Source of the DNA: Camelus dromedarius
Taxonomy: Eukaryota
Direction of reading: 5' to 3'
NCBI RefSeq assembly: GCF_036321535.1
Contig: NC_087436.1
Span: 33,916,001-33,980,000 of the forward strand
Length of the DNA: 64,000 bases
The notes below the pieces were generated by a model, which ran no database searches, was not told where the DNA came from, and saw only the letters and a list, made by a program, of their open reading frames with translations. The position numbers and the translations under genes were made by a program. This document shows, piece after piece, positions 13,351-26,115 of the stretch (the first letter of the stretch is position 1; each line of letters opens with the position of its first letter).

Positions 13351-13547
13351 ATGGTGCTATGGTTTGTTTTCTCGTATGATCTGCGATGCCTCCTTGTCAC
13401 CATGTATTCGGTAGTGATAAATGTTTCAGGAGGAGCCCTGTGTGACGGAGTTTACTACTGCAGCCCTCTAAGCTGGAATTTTGCCTTACTAATTCTAATA
13501 GTTGTAATACTATTCAGAATTTTTAATTTCATTTTGTGTCAGTTTCT
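13351..13547 (+). other. Candidate exon (start uncertain; alternative acceptor at 13428/13429)
   Basis: Non-repetitive segment retaining several CpGs; ATG at 13351 is open to donor CT|GTAAGT (13548-13553). No known protein recognised. Confidence 0.2.
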
Positions 13548-13899
13548 GTAAGTTAGGTTTTCTAAATAAATAAATAAAGCTACTTCTTTTAAATTTTAAA
13601 GTTGATTGGAATAAGGTTATTGTGAATACATTCTTAGTAAGAGTTTAATGCCTCTTGACCTTTTGTGATATCCTCTTTTTCATTCAAGGATATTGTATGT
13701 TTGTATTGTTGGGTGTTTGTGTGTGTGTTTGTTATCTATATGTGTATGTGTGTGCATATATATATAATTATTCCCACATATATTTCACATACATGTTTCA
13801 TATGTACTATACTTTTCGAAGAGCCAGTTTTACTTTTTCTATCCTATAACGTGTTTGTTTTCTATTTTTATTAATTTAACTACTTGCCATTAATATTTA

Positions 13900-15900
13900 T
13901 TGGAACAATGATACTGATATTAACTTCAATTGAGGAATCTTGGGAGAAGCCAGTTTAGCAAGGAAAAGTTCAGGAGCTGATTTCATGACATCTCAATTTT
14001 GAGATATCTGTTACACATCCAAGTGGAGGTGAATATAGGAATAAGAGTTTAGGGGATCTAAGTTAGGGATACTCTTGCCTATAACAGGCATTTAAATTGA
14101 ATGATGCTGAATAAGATCAAGAGCAGGAGTTCATATAGAAAAGAGAAGAAGTGAAAGAATGAAGCACTATAACATTCCAATATCAAAAGGCCAAAGAGAT
14201 GAGAAGGATCCAGCGAAGAATACTGAAAAGCAGCAGCAAATCAAGTAGAAGCAAAACTAGAACATAGTGTGTCCTGTGTGGGAAAAAAAAATATGTCAGA
14301 GAGGAATAATCAACTGCCTCAAAACCTTCTGCTGATAAGTTATGTAGAATGAGGACTGAAGTTTCAGTGGAATGGTGGGGGTAAAAGCCTATGGAAAATG
14401 GGTTCCCATGACATAGATTAGAGATAAAATGTATAAACTGTTGAACAGTTTTGCTGCAAAAGAAGGGAAAGAAATGGGCTGTATCTAGAGGAAAAACTAG
14501 AACTAAAAGAGACTTTTCTTAAAATGGAGACAAACGTGATTTTATTTTGATGGAAAAGATCCAGTAGAGGAAAGGTACTCAGTCTGCAGGAGAGAGAGAA
14601 GAAAACTGCTACAGCAATAACCTGGAGAGGAGAGAGGGATGAGTAACAGGAGTGGAGTCCTAATATTTAGGTGCAGATGCTCACAGGTGTGTGGATATGA
14701 GAGGGAAACTTGTGAACTTCATGTTGGCTTGTTTCTATTAGTCAGTGAAATAGAAAGCAAGGTGCTCAGCTGAGATTGAGGATGAGAGAGAAAGTTTTCA
14801 AGGTTTGATAAGATAGAAGAAGGTACAAAATAATCAAAAGTCTGAGCATGTGGATTGACCAAGAAAATCAGAATGAATGCTAGGCACCCATTGATGACCC
14901 CCACGAATTGAGTAATTATGACCTTGAAGTCAGAATTACTATATTATGAAGAGGAGTCAGAATTATTTGTATTTCTCTTTAAAAATGCTAAGCTGCATGG
15001 GTGAAGGCACACAGTAGATGCTATTTTGAATTTCACCAGAACATTTATTTTGCCATAAGAATATTTTGATCTAAGAAAGGTCTGGTTAAGAGTGTACAGA
15101 AGATAGAATTAAAATTAACCATGGAATTTAATGTCTGTGAAAAAGGAAGTAAAGGTGAAATGGGTGAGAAGTTCATTGTGAAATGGAAGGGTAGGTACTA
15201 AAGGGACTGAGCTGGAAAGGCAAGAGACGGCGACCTGAGAATGGGATGATGGAAATCCAGTTATGCACTGGATATGCTTACTGGTAGTCATAAGGTGTAG
15301 GGTGTGATGATGTGAGAGAATGGTTGAAGAAGTTGGAAAGCTGATATCATGGAAAGAGTTGAGGCTAATAACTCAAAGGGAAGGGCACTGGGTAGAACTT
15401 GGTTCAAGATTTTGAAATCACCAGTAGTCATAAGGAAACAGTTTGGAGAGAGGTATTAGGAGTCAGGAGCTAAAATATTTAAGAAATTAAAGGAAGAGAT
15501 GAGAAGGTCAGTCTATGACTGTAGCAAGGAGCGTTGATGAAGTGGTGTCTGATGAGAAGAGATCCAATGCTAAAAGGTTTCAGGGAGAAACACAAGATAA
15601 CAGTCTGAAAACAGCAATGAAAAGAAAGGAATGTCAGGTAGAAAATAAGCTACACAGAAACTGCAGAGGAAGCTGTGTTGCCTTGAGGGGAGGTCCGGGT
15701 TTTAGTTAGAGGAAATAAGAGGGAGCCTGCAGACAGTGGGTCAAGGATCTGGGAGACAGCGCTGATGAGGCACCTTGCGTTCCTAAGCAGCCTGGTGTAA
15801 GGGCTCAGGAATAGAAGGCTAGAGTTGGGGTCCATAAAGGGGTATACAGAGTATTATGAAGAAATACCTGGGAGACGTGGGCTTCTTGTGGTTAATACAT
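13900..15900 (-). mobile_element. Long L2 LINE fragment
   Basis: ~2 kb of purine-rich antisense L2 text (TTTGAGATATCTGTTACACATCCAAGTGGAG; GAGAAGGATCCAGCGAAGAATACTGAAAAG; AGAATGAGGACTGA). Confidence 0.75.
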
Positions 15901-16467
15901 GGAAACAGCACTGGGTTTAGTTAATCAGCCCTCCATTTATGGAAATTCCTTTCTTCTCAATTAGTCTTTGGAGAATAGATTTCCAGGTAAGGGCCTAAAT
16001 TATAAGAATCCCATGTGACTTGTTAAGGGTAAACATTAGCTTTTTACTTTACAGTTGGTACTAGTCAACTTGGAAATATTGCACATATATAAAATGTATA
16101 CATAACATTTGGAACACAACTCTTCAAGTGCTATTGTATGGCCAAGTAATCTGGTAGAATTTATTAACAACTATATAATTTAATGAACGTGTTGCTTTCT
16201 CTATCTTTAATTAGGTTTGTGTGAGATTTTGATATATGTGGTGGGGAGAGGGATTAACGGTTTGTAAGTCAGCATGGATATATTACTTACAGGATTATTT
16301 TAGTTTTCCAAAAATATTTCTCATGTAGACATAATCCAGTATTTTTTTTCAATAGTAGAAAAGCTTAAATAAAACACCTTGATGGTTTGAGCTGCTTCTT
16401 GGACTATGTAGTCAATGACAGCTGAAATGGATTTTGGCCCCTAATACATTACTCTCCTAGTTTGCAG

Positions 16468-16537
16468 AACTGAACTCTTTTTAAATTGTGGTGTATTAAA
16501 CCCAGGAGGAGGTTATTTTACAAATAGTTCACCACAG
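16468..16537 (+). other. Candidate small exon (70 nt)
   Basis: Branch-like CTAAT at 16441, acceptor CTCCTAGTTTGCAG, donor CAG|GTATTT; one frame open (TELFLNCGVLNPGGGYFTNSSPQ). Confidence 0.25.
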
Positions 16538-16611
16538 GTATTTTTCTCATTAGTATTATTTTTTGTGAATGCCTGATGTGAATATTATTTTTCTATATTC
16601 ATGAATTTTAG

Positions 16612-16638
16612 CAGAGGCTTTTCTCAGTCTACCATCAG
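16612..16638 (+). other. Candidate micro-exon (27 nt, or 24 nt via NAGNAG)
   Basis: Branch-like CTGAT ~16573, T-rich tract, acceptor TTTTAG|CAG, donor CAG|GTATGT; 74-nt intron from the previous candidate. Confidence 0.3.
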
Positions 16639-17019
16639 GTATGTCTTACAGGATATGGAAAGCCAGTATTTTACTCATTTCCCCCCAAAAGTACTTAGTA
16701 AGCTTTGGCTCTTGGAAGAACAGTATTGTAGGCACTGACAAGCATTCCCAAGATAACCGTATTTACTATCCCTGACTTGTAGGGCATTAAAATTTACCAG
16801 AGAGGTTGGATGTAGGCCATGAAACAGTTAATAACAAATGAGGAGCAAGTATTCATATTGGTGATACAAACAGTAACCATGACAGAATCCCAAAGATGGG
16901 AGAAGTTCAACATTGGCTGAATTTACCAGATAATAACTATTGAAGTGGGACTAGGCAGAATTTTTGTAGGAAAATAATAAGGCAAAAATCATTCTAGGAT
17001 GATGAGCTCCAATAAAATT

Positions 17020-17230
17020 GATTATTTCTTGAGAAACCTTCATTGACTCCTGGATGCAAAGCTAGACAATAGTGTATTCCCATAGTATTTTGTATATAAC
17101 TTTACTGTAAGTTATTATATTGATGTGTCATTATTGTTCATGCGTCTAATATATTTATAAATTGTGAGACACTCCAGGATGAGGATTATACCTTATTGAA
17201 AACTATATGCCAATACTTTTAAAGAGATTG
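17020..17230 (+). mobile_element. L2 3' fragment
   Basis: GAGAAACCTTCATTGACTCC...ATTGTGAGACACTCCAGGATGAGGATTAT. Confidence 0.55.
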
Positions 17231-17244
17231 AATAACTTAAATAT

Positions 17245-17830
17245 TTTATTGTGTTTTTAATTGATAATAGTCACTTCGCACTTACAATATTCAAAAGTTA
17301 CAGGAGAGTGCATTGCAGAATGCATCCTTTCATTCCACTCACCACCTACTTCTCCTCTCCAGAGATGTGTGAGCATATTTTTTTGCTAATCTGATAGGTG
17401 AAAATATTTTGTTACAGTTGTTATTCTCCTTTCTCTTACTTTGAGTCAGGTTGAACATTATTTCATATATTTAAGAGACATTTGTTATTTACTATTTTCT
17501 GCAGTGTGATCGTACCTTTTGGGGTTTTTTCTACTATATTTGTGCATTTATTTTGACACATAAAATTCTTTATGTTAGGGTTATTGCCCATTTTTCTGTG
17601 ATATGAGTTGCTAGTATTTTTGTCTGTTTTTTAATTGTCTTTGACTTTGTTTGTGGTTATTTTGCATGTATAATACTTCACTATATATGTCAAAGTTTTC
17701 TTTTAATTTTCTGATGTGTTTTTCTTTAAATAATTCTCAGACTGCACTTATACAAGAAACCCCCCCCATAATTTCTTGTAATGTTTTGACCATTTATAAT
17801 ATACTAAACTCCTGTTTGTATTTGGATTTT
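17245..17830 (-). mobile_element. Old L1ME-type fragment
   Basis: TTTGCTAATCTGATAGGTGAAAA...GAGTCAGGTTGAACAT..TTTCATATATTTAAGAGACATTTG. Confidence 0.7.
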
Positions 17831-17849
17831 TGCCAATTATTATTACATT

Positions 17850-18652
17850 TCAGCTACACATCAGCTCGTTTTTGTGCACTTTTGTGGATCAAGGCTGAAC
17901 CCCGGAAGGATATTTCTTTTGTCAGTTGGCTTGATGTTAGGCTTTGTTAACAAAGGGCCTGGAGAGAAACTACGTGATCATGGCAAGGGGAAGAGACTTC
18001 TTGGCCTGAGTGGATCGGGAACATGAAGCCACAGTAGGAAATTAGGGGTTACATCTTCCTGTAATTTTCTTGACCAACCAGAAGGCCATTTCTCCAGAAC
18101 AGCTCTGTCCCACCTGCATCATCCAGCAAGTTTCTCAGCCATTCCATGAGTAATTTCTGAAAGACCAGTGCTGGCCTACCCACATCCTTTGAGTAAATTT
18201 TCTGGTCATGCAGTAAATTGTATTGACTGAACCCTGCCTGCCTGCACCCATTGGCAAGTTTCTCAACTGCTTGGAAGTCTGCTCCTTTATACTGGTTTTA
18301 TCCTGTGACTCAGGCAAGTTTCTTTGTCTTTCGTAGTCTGCGTGTTTCTGTGGCACCAAGCTCTCTCCAGTCATATCTGAATCTCATCCTAAGGGTGGAA
18401 GTACAGGATCTCTTCCAAGCTCTTTTTTCCTTCCTTGTTCACTTTTCCTCAACCATAAAGGTAGTAGTTTTGTTCGTTTGTGTTGGCTTAGTTTGGTTTT
18501 GAATTTGTTATTTCTGTATCCCTTACTGTCTATCTGCTCTTACCCCTTATAGTCACTAACCATTTTTTACTAGTAGACAGTTCTTTAGTAAATTGTCCCT
18601 TTTCAAATTATTGGTGCAGTTTCTCTCTCCTAATTGAACCCTGACTACTACA
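17850..18652 (+). mobile_element. ERVL solo LTR (LTR33/LTR41-like)
   Basis: TTTGTCAGTTGGCTTGATGTTAGGCTTTG near the start; terminus GGTGCAGTTTCTCTCTCCTAATTGAACCCTGACTACTACA. Confidence 0.7.
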
Positions 18653-18957
18653 TATCTTACACTGGATTCTCACTCCTTTTTCATTTAGGAGTTTATTTAT
18701 ATGCTGGTGTGTCTTTTACTCATTAACCGTTTTTTCTCATCTTTTACTCATTAGCCTTTTTTCTAAGAAATTCATGAGCTATTTTTGGTTTTTTTTTAAG
18801 CTTAAAATTCAGCTGGCAACTTTATTGAGATTACGTGAAGTTTATTGATTATAAATGTGTAAAAGTTATATAAAACTATATAAGAAAACAACTTACCTCC
18901 TCATTTGTTCACCTCTTTCTTTTCCTCTATATGAAGTTCTCATCAAACAGTATGGCA

Positions 18958-19175
18958 GAAGAGATCTGCAATACTAACTACTATATGTAAAATAGATAAA
19001 CACCAAGTTTCTTCTATATAGCACAGGGAACTTGATTCAATATATTGTAGCAACCGATAATGAAAAACAATATGAAAACGAATATTTGTATGTACGTGTA
19101 TGACTGAAACATTATGCTGTACACCAGAAATTGACACACTACTGTAAAAACTGATTATGCTTCAATTACCAAAAA
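18958..19175 (+). mobile_element. Young 5'-truncated L1 3' stub (camelid-like) with TSD
   Basis: TATAGCACAGGGAAC...TATGACTGAAACATTATGCTGTACACCAGAAATTGACACA; TSD AAACAGTATGGCA at 18945-18957 and 19176-19188. Confidence 0.92.
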
Positions 19176-19379
19176 AAACAGTATGGCAAAAGCTTTGATA
19201 TCTAAAAATTTTAGCTTCCGTTTTGCTGTTATAAATGAAGACATTGCACAATGAAGACTTTAAATGTACTTTTCATAAACTTTGCATATTATTTCTCTAA
19301 TCAAACACTTTAACTTTGTGCCTAGACTATTTTTGCTGTAGCACAAACATATTTAACGTAACTTTGCTCGCTAAGCACC

Positions 19380-20750
19380 AATCCTCTTTTTAAGTAGTCT
19401 GCAACCACTTCATTTTCTGCAATCTGTTTCCACCTTCAGCCCACTGAAATCTTTTTTCTGCCTCATACAAACTGCTCTCATGAGTCCTCACAAAATCTAA
19501 CTTGTAACCACAAAGAACTTTTTCAGTGCTTATGCTTCTTAGAGTAGTTCTCTTTTTTAATTTTTTAAAATAGGCAGTAGAATCTTCTTTCATGAAAACC
19601 TGCCCTCTTTTCTCTGATGTTAATAACACTCAAAGCTCTCTTTTTCTTAACCTATCATTATGAGTACTCTTTCTCATTAGCTTCTATTGATTTTTCTGCT
19701 TTATCCATTTACTTATTATTTCTGTTTCTAAGAGTTCTCCTTAATTCTTCAAATAATTCTTGGAATCTTCTTAAATGCCTCCTGGTTGATTTTATTAACT
19801 TCAATCCTGCAGCAGTCCTCCATAGAATTCTATGATGTCCTCATGTAAGTTGTAAATATCTCACATTTACTGAATACTTACTGTATCCAGGCGTATAAAC
19901 CACCGTGCTATGTGGTTTACCTGTAATACCTGATTTGACTTACAAATACATATAAATTAGGTATTATTTTCTCCATTTTTCAGAGGAGGAAACTGTGAAC
20001 TTTCAGTTTTCTAGAGGTGGAGTTGGAATTCAGATGTGGAATCTGAGCTCAACCACTTTTCTAAACTGCCTCCTACTATTCTTACGAGCTCAATGAACAT
20101 TTGTAAGCAAATATTTAAGCTCATCCAACTCTACAGACTCAAAATAGAACATGGAAGTCATTTTCTCCACTCCCTCTCATGTATCCTTCAATGTGGTTAA
20201 TGACATTGTTGCTACCTTTACTAAAGCTGAAAATTATGACTCTTCATTACTGCCTCTGCATCAGTTTCCATGATTTGTGTAATGCCTCTTGCCCAAGAAC
20301 TTCTCTGCCATTTACCTCCACTGTTGCTACTTAAGTTTAGACCCATTTAAAATTCACTAGGGCTCTTCTTTTTAATGATCTCCCTATTTACATTTTCTCT
20401 CGTATACAGTCCAGTCGCCAAATAATGCACAAGTACTGCCATATCCTTCTCCTGTTAGAGAACCCCTACCTTCAACCCAATACTAGAATAACACAAATTA
20501 AATTCTGAGCTGTTTTAAATAGCAACATGCCGATTTAAAACCTGCCTTAAAATGAATTTTCCAACCTCACCTCCACTCATTCTTTTCCACACACATCATC
20601 AAACTGAGAATTTTCCCTGAGCATGCCATGGGTGGCCGTAAAGTCCTGTCCTTGCACACATTGTTCCTTTTGCTTAGATGACTTTTTCTTTCTACCTTGT
20701 CTGGAACTCCAACTCTTTTTTTCCCCCAAATCTAGCTGAATCCCTGAATC
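19380..20750 (+). mobile_element. L2 LINE fragment interrupted by a MIR
   Basis: Pyrimidine-rich L2 sense text on both sides of the MIR (AAACTGCTCTC...; CTCAAAATAGAAC; CCTTGCACACATTGTTCCTTTTGCTTAGA). Confidence 0.55.
19850..20075 (-). mobile_element. MIR SINE
   Basis: ACATTTACTGAATACTTACTGTATCCAGGC...TAGGTATTATTTTCTCCATTTTTCAGAGGAGGAAACTG. Confidence 0.85.
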
Positions 20751-20962
20751 TACACATATATATTATAAATATAATCATTTGGTTTAAAGCTTATGATGAA
20801 CATACGATCTTATTAGATTCAAATTTTAATAAAGACAGACTTTCAATTGACTTTTACTCATTGGAAGAGGAAATCTATTTTATAAAATTTTGGACACACT
20901 GAAAAACACAAAGGCACTTTAAATTTCATATCATTCTATTTGATTAAAAAATGTTAAAATTT

Positions 20963-21733
20963 TCATTTGTATAAATATGTTTTCTTTAAAATGGTATTAT
21001 TGGTGTTTTTTCTTTTCTTGGTTAGCCTGGCTAAGTCTGATACTGCCTTTTTATTACTGTATGTTAACTGTTCACACTTAGAGTAATTACTAATACAGTT
21101 GGATAAATATCCATTTGGTTTGCAGTTGCTTTCTGTTTCTACATTTGTTCTTTCTTTCCTAAGTTTTGCCCTCTTTTTCTGGTTTTCATTGAACTTTTTA
21201 TGTAAGTTCATTTTCTCTCCACTCTAAGTGTATCAACTATACTTCTTTCTTTAACTTGTTTAGGTAGTTGTCCTAGAGTTTGCCATATACATTTACAACT
21301 AATCTAAGTCTGCCTACAAATAATACTCGCTACATAGTAGTACAGGTAACATAACAGAGATTTCCCATTTTCTTCCTCCCATCCTTTGTAACATTACTGG
21401 CCTTTATTTTACTTACCCGTATTCTATATTCACCTGATACTTTGTTGCTGTTATCACTTTGAATAAATAGTTATCTATTAGATCAGACAGGAGTAAAAAA
21501 ACAAAGATTTCATTATGCCTTTACCAGTTCTTTCTTTGGTGCTCTTCTTTTCTTGTGTAGATCAGACTTGCTGACCTATGTCATTTTCATTCTCTCTGAA
21601 GAATATCTTTAGCATTCCTTTCAAAGCAGTTTCACTGATGGCAAATTCATTGAATGTTTCTTTGTCTAAGAAAAATCTGTATCTCTCCTTAACTTTTAAA
21701 TAATTTAACTGGATACAAAATTTTAAGTTGGTC
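20963..21733 (-). mobile_element. L1 (L1MC/MD-type) ORF1-end / inter-ORF / ORF2-start fragment
   Basis: Antisense text GGCAAATTCATTGAATGTTTCTTTGTCTAAGAAAA...CTGGATACAAAATT; ATATACATTTACAACTAATCTAAGTC. Confidence 0.8.
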
Positions 21734-21776
21734 AAGAAATGGTACTGGAAAAATTGACCATCCATATGTTTAAAAA

Positions 21777-21807
<31 letters not shown>

Positions 21808-22660
21808 GCTTACACTTGACATGAAAATTAACTGAAAATGGACCCTAGACCTAATGTAAAATTCAAAACTATGGCACTGTTAGAAAATAACATAGGAGAA
21901 AATATAGGACCTTGAATTTCAGGATGAATTTTAAAATAAAAATAAAAGACAATCCATTAAAGAAAAAGTGGATAAATTAGACTCTATTAAAATAAATAAC
22001 TTCCACTCTGTGAAAGACTGTGTTTAGACTATGAAAAGACAAGCCATAGACTGCAAGAAAACACTTGCTAAATACATATTTGATAGAATACTTGTATGCA
22101 AAATATATCAAGAAACCTTAAACTCAAGGGTAAGAGAACAAACAGCCCAGTTAAAAACAAATGGATGAAAGATCTAAATCAATCTCTCACCAAAGAGTGT
22201 TAATTCATGGTGATAATGTGTAACCTGGATATTTTGAAATATGGTACTAAATCTCAGCGGTATTCCTCCCCCAAACTCTGTATCTCATTCCAGTCATGGG
22301 AAAAACATCAAACAAATATTAATTGAAGGACATCCTACAAAGTACTAAACCATTACTCCTCAAAACTGTCAAGGTCATCAAAACCAAGAAAATTCTGAGA
22401 CTGCCACAGACAAGGGGAGTGTAGGAAGCATGGTGGAGATAGGAAACAGTAAAAAGCATTAGGTAACAAGTAATGAAATCTGAATAAAATGTGCACTTTG
22501 GTTAATAATAGTGTATCAGTATTATTTCATTAATTTTAAAAAACACCCCACAGTAATATAAAATATTGATAATATAGGAAATTCAGTATGGAGGATATGG
22601 GCACTTTCTATTCTGCCTTCACCATTTTTCTGTAAATATCAAACTATTCTTAAAAAAAAT
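21734..22660 (+). mobile_element. L1MC-type ORF2 end plus 3' UTR, internally deleted
   Basis: AAATGGTACTGGAAAAATTG...TGAAAAGACAAGCCATAGACTG; 3' UTR CTCCTCAAAACTGTCAAGGTCATCAAAA...TTCTGTAAATATCAAACTATTCT. Confidence 0.85.
21777..21802. repeat. (AT)13 microsatellite
   Basis: Read directly; lies within an L1. Confidence 0.95.
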
Positions 22661-22819
22661 CACTCCTGAAGAATAAACAATGCAATGACCTTACATATAC
22701 TGTTTTTTGGTCTGTTAATACTTTTCACTTAAGAATTTATTATAATTTTTTTCTTAAAGATAAATATTCTCCTTCCACATTATCTCTATATTGTGAATGA
22801 ACATACGTTAAGATCATAA

Positions 22820-24363
22820 TAGATCCATACTACTCAAAGCAATGTACAGATCCAGAGCAATCTCTATCAAAATCCCAAAGGCATTTTTTAGCAGAAATAG
22901 GAAAATTAATCCTCAGATTCATATAGAATCTCAAAGGACGCCACATAGTCAAAACTGTTTTGAAAAAGGAATACAGAGTTGGAGAATTTGCACTTCCTGA
23001 TTTTCAAAATACATTACAAAGCTACAGTATTCAAAACAGTGCTGGCATAAAGACTCACAAATAGTGAAATAGAATAGAGATGCTAGAAATAAACCCTAGC
23101 ATATTTGATCAAATGGTCTTCAGCAGATGTAGCAAAACCAGTCAATGTGGAAAGAACAACCTCTTCAACAAATGGTGTTGGGAAATCTGGATATCCACAT
23201 GCAGAAGAATAAAATTAGGCCCTTATCTTACGCCATATACAAAAATTAACTCAAAATGGATGAAAAAACTAAATGTAAGACCTAAAACCGTAAAACTCCT
23301 GGAGGAAAATATAGGGGGTCAGCTTCTTGATATTGGGTTGGCAATAATTTCTTGAATATGACACCAAAATCACAGGCAACAAAGGCAAAAACAAGCAACC
23401 TTAAAAAAAATGCAACCTATGGAATGGAAGTAAATATTTTAAAATATCATTTATTTGATAAAGAGTTAATATCTACAAAATAAAGAAATTCTACACTCAA
23501 CAACAAAAAAATCAAATAATCCAATTTAAAAATGAGCAAAGGGCTTTAAGGCAATTCTCCAAAGATGATATATAAGTGGTCAATTAGCATATGAAAACAT
23601 TCTCAACTCCACAAAGCTTTAGGGAAATGCAAATCAAAGTCACAATAATGTATCACTTCATACCCATTAGTATGGCCACTATTAAAAAATAAACAAAAAA
23701 TTTTAAAATAACAAAAGTTAGCAAAGATTAGTGCATACTGTTGGGATTGTAAAATGGTGCAACTGCTATGGAAAATATATAAAGATTCTGCAAAAAATTT
23801 AAAATAGAACTACCATATGATCCAGTGATCCCACTTCTATGTATGTATCAAAAAGAAGTAAAGCAGGATCTCAAAAGATACTTGCACAACCAATTTCATA
23901 GCAGCATTATTAACAATAGCCAAGAGGTGGAAGCAATTCAAACATCCATAGATAGGTGAATAGATAAACACAATGTGGTACATACATACAATGGAATAAT
24001 ATTGCGCCCTAAAAATGAAGGACAGTCTGTCACACATTACAACATAGCTGAATGCTGAAGGCAGTATGGTAACTGAAATAAACCAAGCTCAAGAAGACAA
24101 ATAATGTATGATTCCATTTTACCTGAGTTATCTAAGGTCAAATTCATAGGAACAGAAACTAGAATGGGTGGTTACTAGAATGGGGTCAGAGAAGGGATTG
24201 TTGTTTAATGAGTGTATAATTTCATACTTGCAAGATGAAAAGTTCTGTGGATCTGTTTCACAATAATGTAAATATACTTAACAATACTGAACTGTACACT
24301 TAAAATGATTAAGATGGTAAATTTCATGTTATGGGCTTTTCACCACAATAAAAAAGAAATAAA
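22820..24363 (+). mobile_element. L1 (L1MA10/L1MB-like) 3' ORF2 plus 3' UTR
   Basis: ORF 23080..23355 (LFNKWCWEIWISTCRRIKLGPYLTPYTKINSKW) is an L1 ORF2p fragment; 3' end CTGAACTGTACACTTAAAATGATTAAGATGGTAAATTT...CACCACAATAAAAAAG. Confidence 0.95.
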
Positions 24364-25646
24364 TATATCATACTTGGAGACTTCACGGAATTTCACTTCC
24401 TTTTCCCTATAGAAATTTAAGTGAAGGAGACAATATTTGAGAGTGATTGGCCCAAAACATGTTTTTAATAGCTAATTAGTAATCTATATATGTATGTTGC
24501 TTAATGTACTTATCTGTTACTCTATTGTTTAGCATTTGTGTTTTCCTTTTGTAAACTTTTATTGTTTTATGTTATAAATTATACATCAGTGAATACAGTG
24601 TTGTATTTCCTTAGACACTTGTCTAACATTCATATGTATATGTAAATATGTATAGGATATATTGCGTTCCCCAACTATACTGTTTATTCTATGTTCACTA
24701 GTTACATCATTAGCTAGTGAAAAATTATATTATATGTTAACACAGAATCATTATTTAAAAAATCCCACAATATATTATGCAGATAATTAAGCTGTTGCTT
24801 ATTTTATATGTCTTGTCCTTCAAGTTTTATATTAATTTCCTCACATTTGATAATTTTTTTCAACCACTAGTGAGAAAGAAGAAAAAGGAAAGTGTATACT
24901 GAAACTACTGTTTAACAGATCATTCATACTTTTAGCCATTAAATTTTTTAGAAGGGTGACATCAGTTTACTGAGGCAAACATATATTCTACATTCTTCAT
25001 TTATTTATGTTATGATAAAGAAAAATAATCTTTAAAAATAGACCTGTCACTCTTTAGATAATAATTAAATGTTGAATTCATTTTGGGCATTAGATCTCTT
25101 TCTCTTAATTGAATTTAATAAATCTCTTCAAGGCTATAATTATGTTTTAATAATCAGATGTAACCAATTCACATCTTATCCATTGAATGTGACAAGGTTA
25201 ACTAGGAGTTGTTATTGTGATATACTTCAGTTAACTGATTTAAGAGATTTCAACATTTTTCACTGAAATTCTTACTTACAGTCATAAAAGTTGACTTGGC
25301 ATTAACACTTACTGTAAAATGTTTTAGATAAGTAGGATGTTTTAATAATTTTTAAGATAATGTTATGAAAAACAGTATCTCATTTTCATAAATCTAAAAA
25401 TATACTAAATTATGACTGAATGTACTGTGAAATCTATATGACACTTTAATTTTTGAAATATTGGGGACTATCACTAAAGTCTTTGTTCCCATATCAGAAG
25501 CTGTTTCATATAAAAGCCACAGATTATTAAAAACACCACTAAAACCATGTTTGTCAGTGGACTGGCCTGTAGAAATGAATATCCAATAATAAGTTACTAA
25601 AGATTATTTTTTCTCTTTTGTTGTTATTAGTCTTTGTGTTCTGCAG

Positions 25647-25677
25647 ATCCAGATCCACAATGGTCATTTTGTTTGAG
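25647..25677 (+). other. Candidate small exon (31 nt)
   Basis: Long T-rich tract, acceptor TCTTTGTGTTCTGCAG, donor GAG|GTCAGT. Confidence 0.25.
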
Positions 25678-25910
25678 GTCAGTTTATTTGTTCCTAAGTC
25701 ATGTTAATTGTATCTGCGTGAGTAGTCACATTGGTGTTTCATTACGTATGTTTGTGTTTGTGTGTGTAAATATGTGAGTGTGTATACTTGAATATTTTGA
25801 AAATAGAAAAGGACTCAAAAGTATTCACTTAGCTTAAGCCTAAGCTTAGTTTTGCACTCATGTTTAAAAACGGAGGAAAAACATAAGTTTATTAGTCAAA
25901 CAAGCCTGAA

Positions 25911-26115
25911 CAACGGGGTTTGTCAACCTTGGCACTGTTGACATTGTGAGGCAGATAACTCTTTGTTGTGAGGGACTGTCTTTTGCATTGTTAGATGTTC
26001 AGCACGACCCCTGAACTCTACCCACTAGAAAGTAGCAGTGTCTTCTCCTAGCTGTGGCAACCAACAATGTTTCCAGACAGTTTCGAATGTCTCCTCAGAG
26101 ACAAAATCACGAAAC
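25911..26115 (-). mobile_element. MER20 (hAT-Charlie) DNA transposon
   Basis: TCAACCTTGGCACTGTTGACATT...CTCTACCCACTAGA...AATGTTTCCAGACA, reverse complement of MER20. Confidence 0.9.

Noticed and set aside
23080..23355. 91-aa ORF as a host gene
   Set aside because: It is a fragment of decayed L1 ORF2, bounded by frameshifts and stops.
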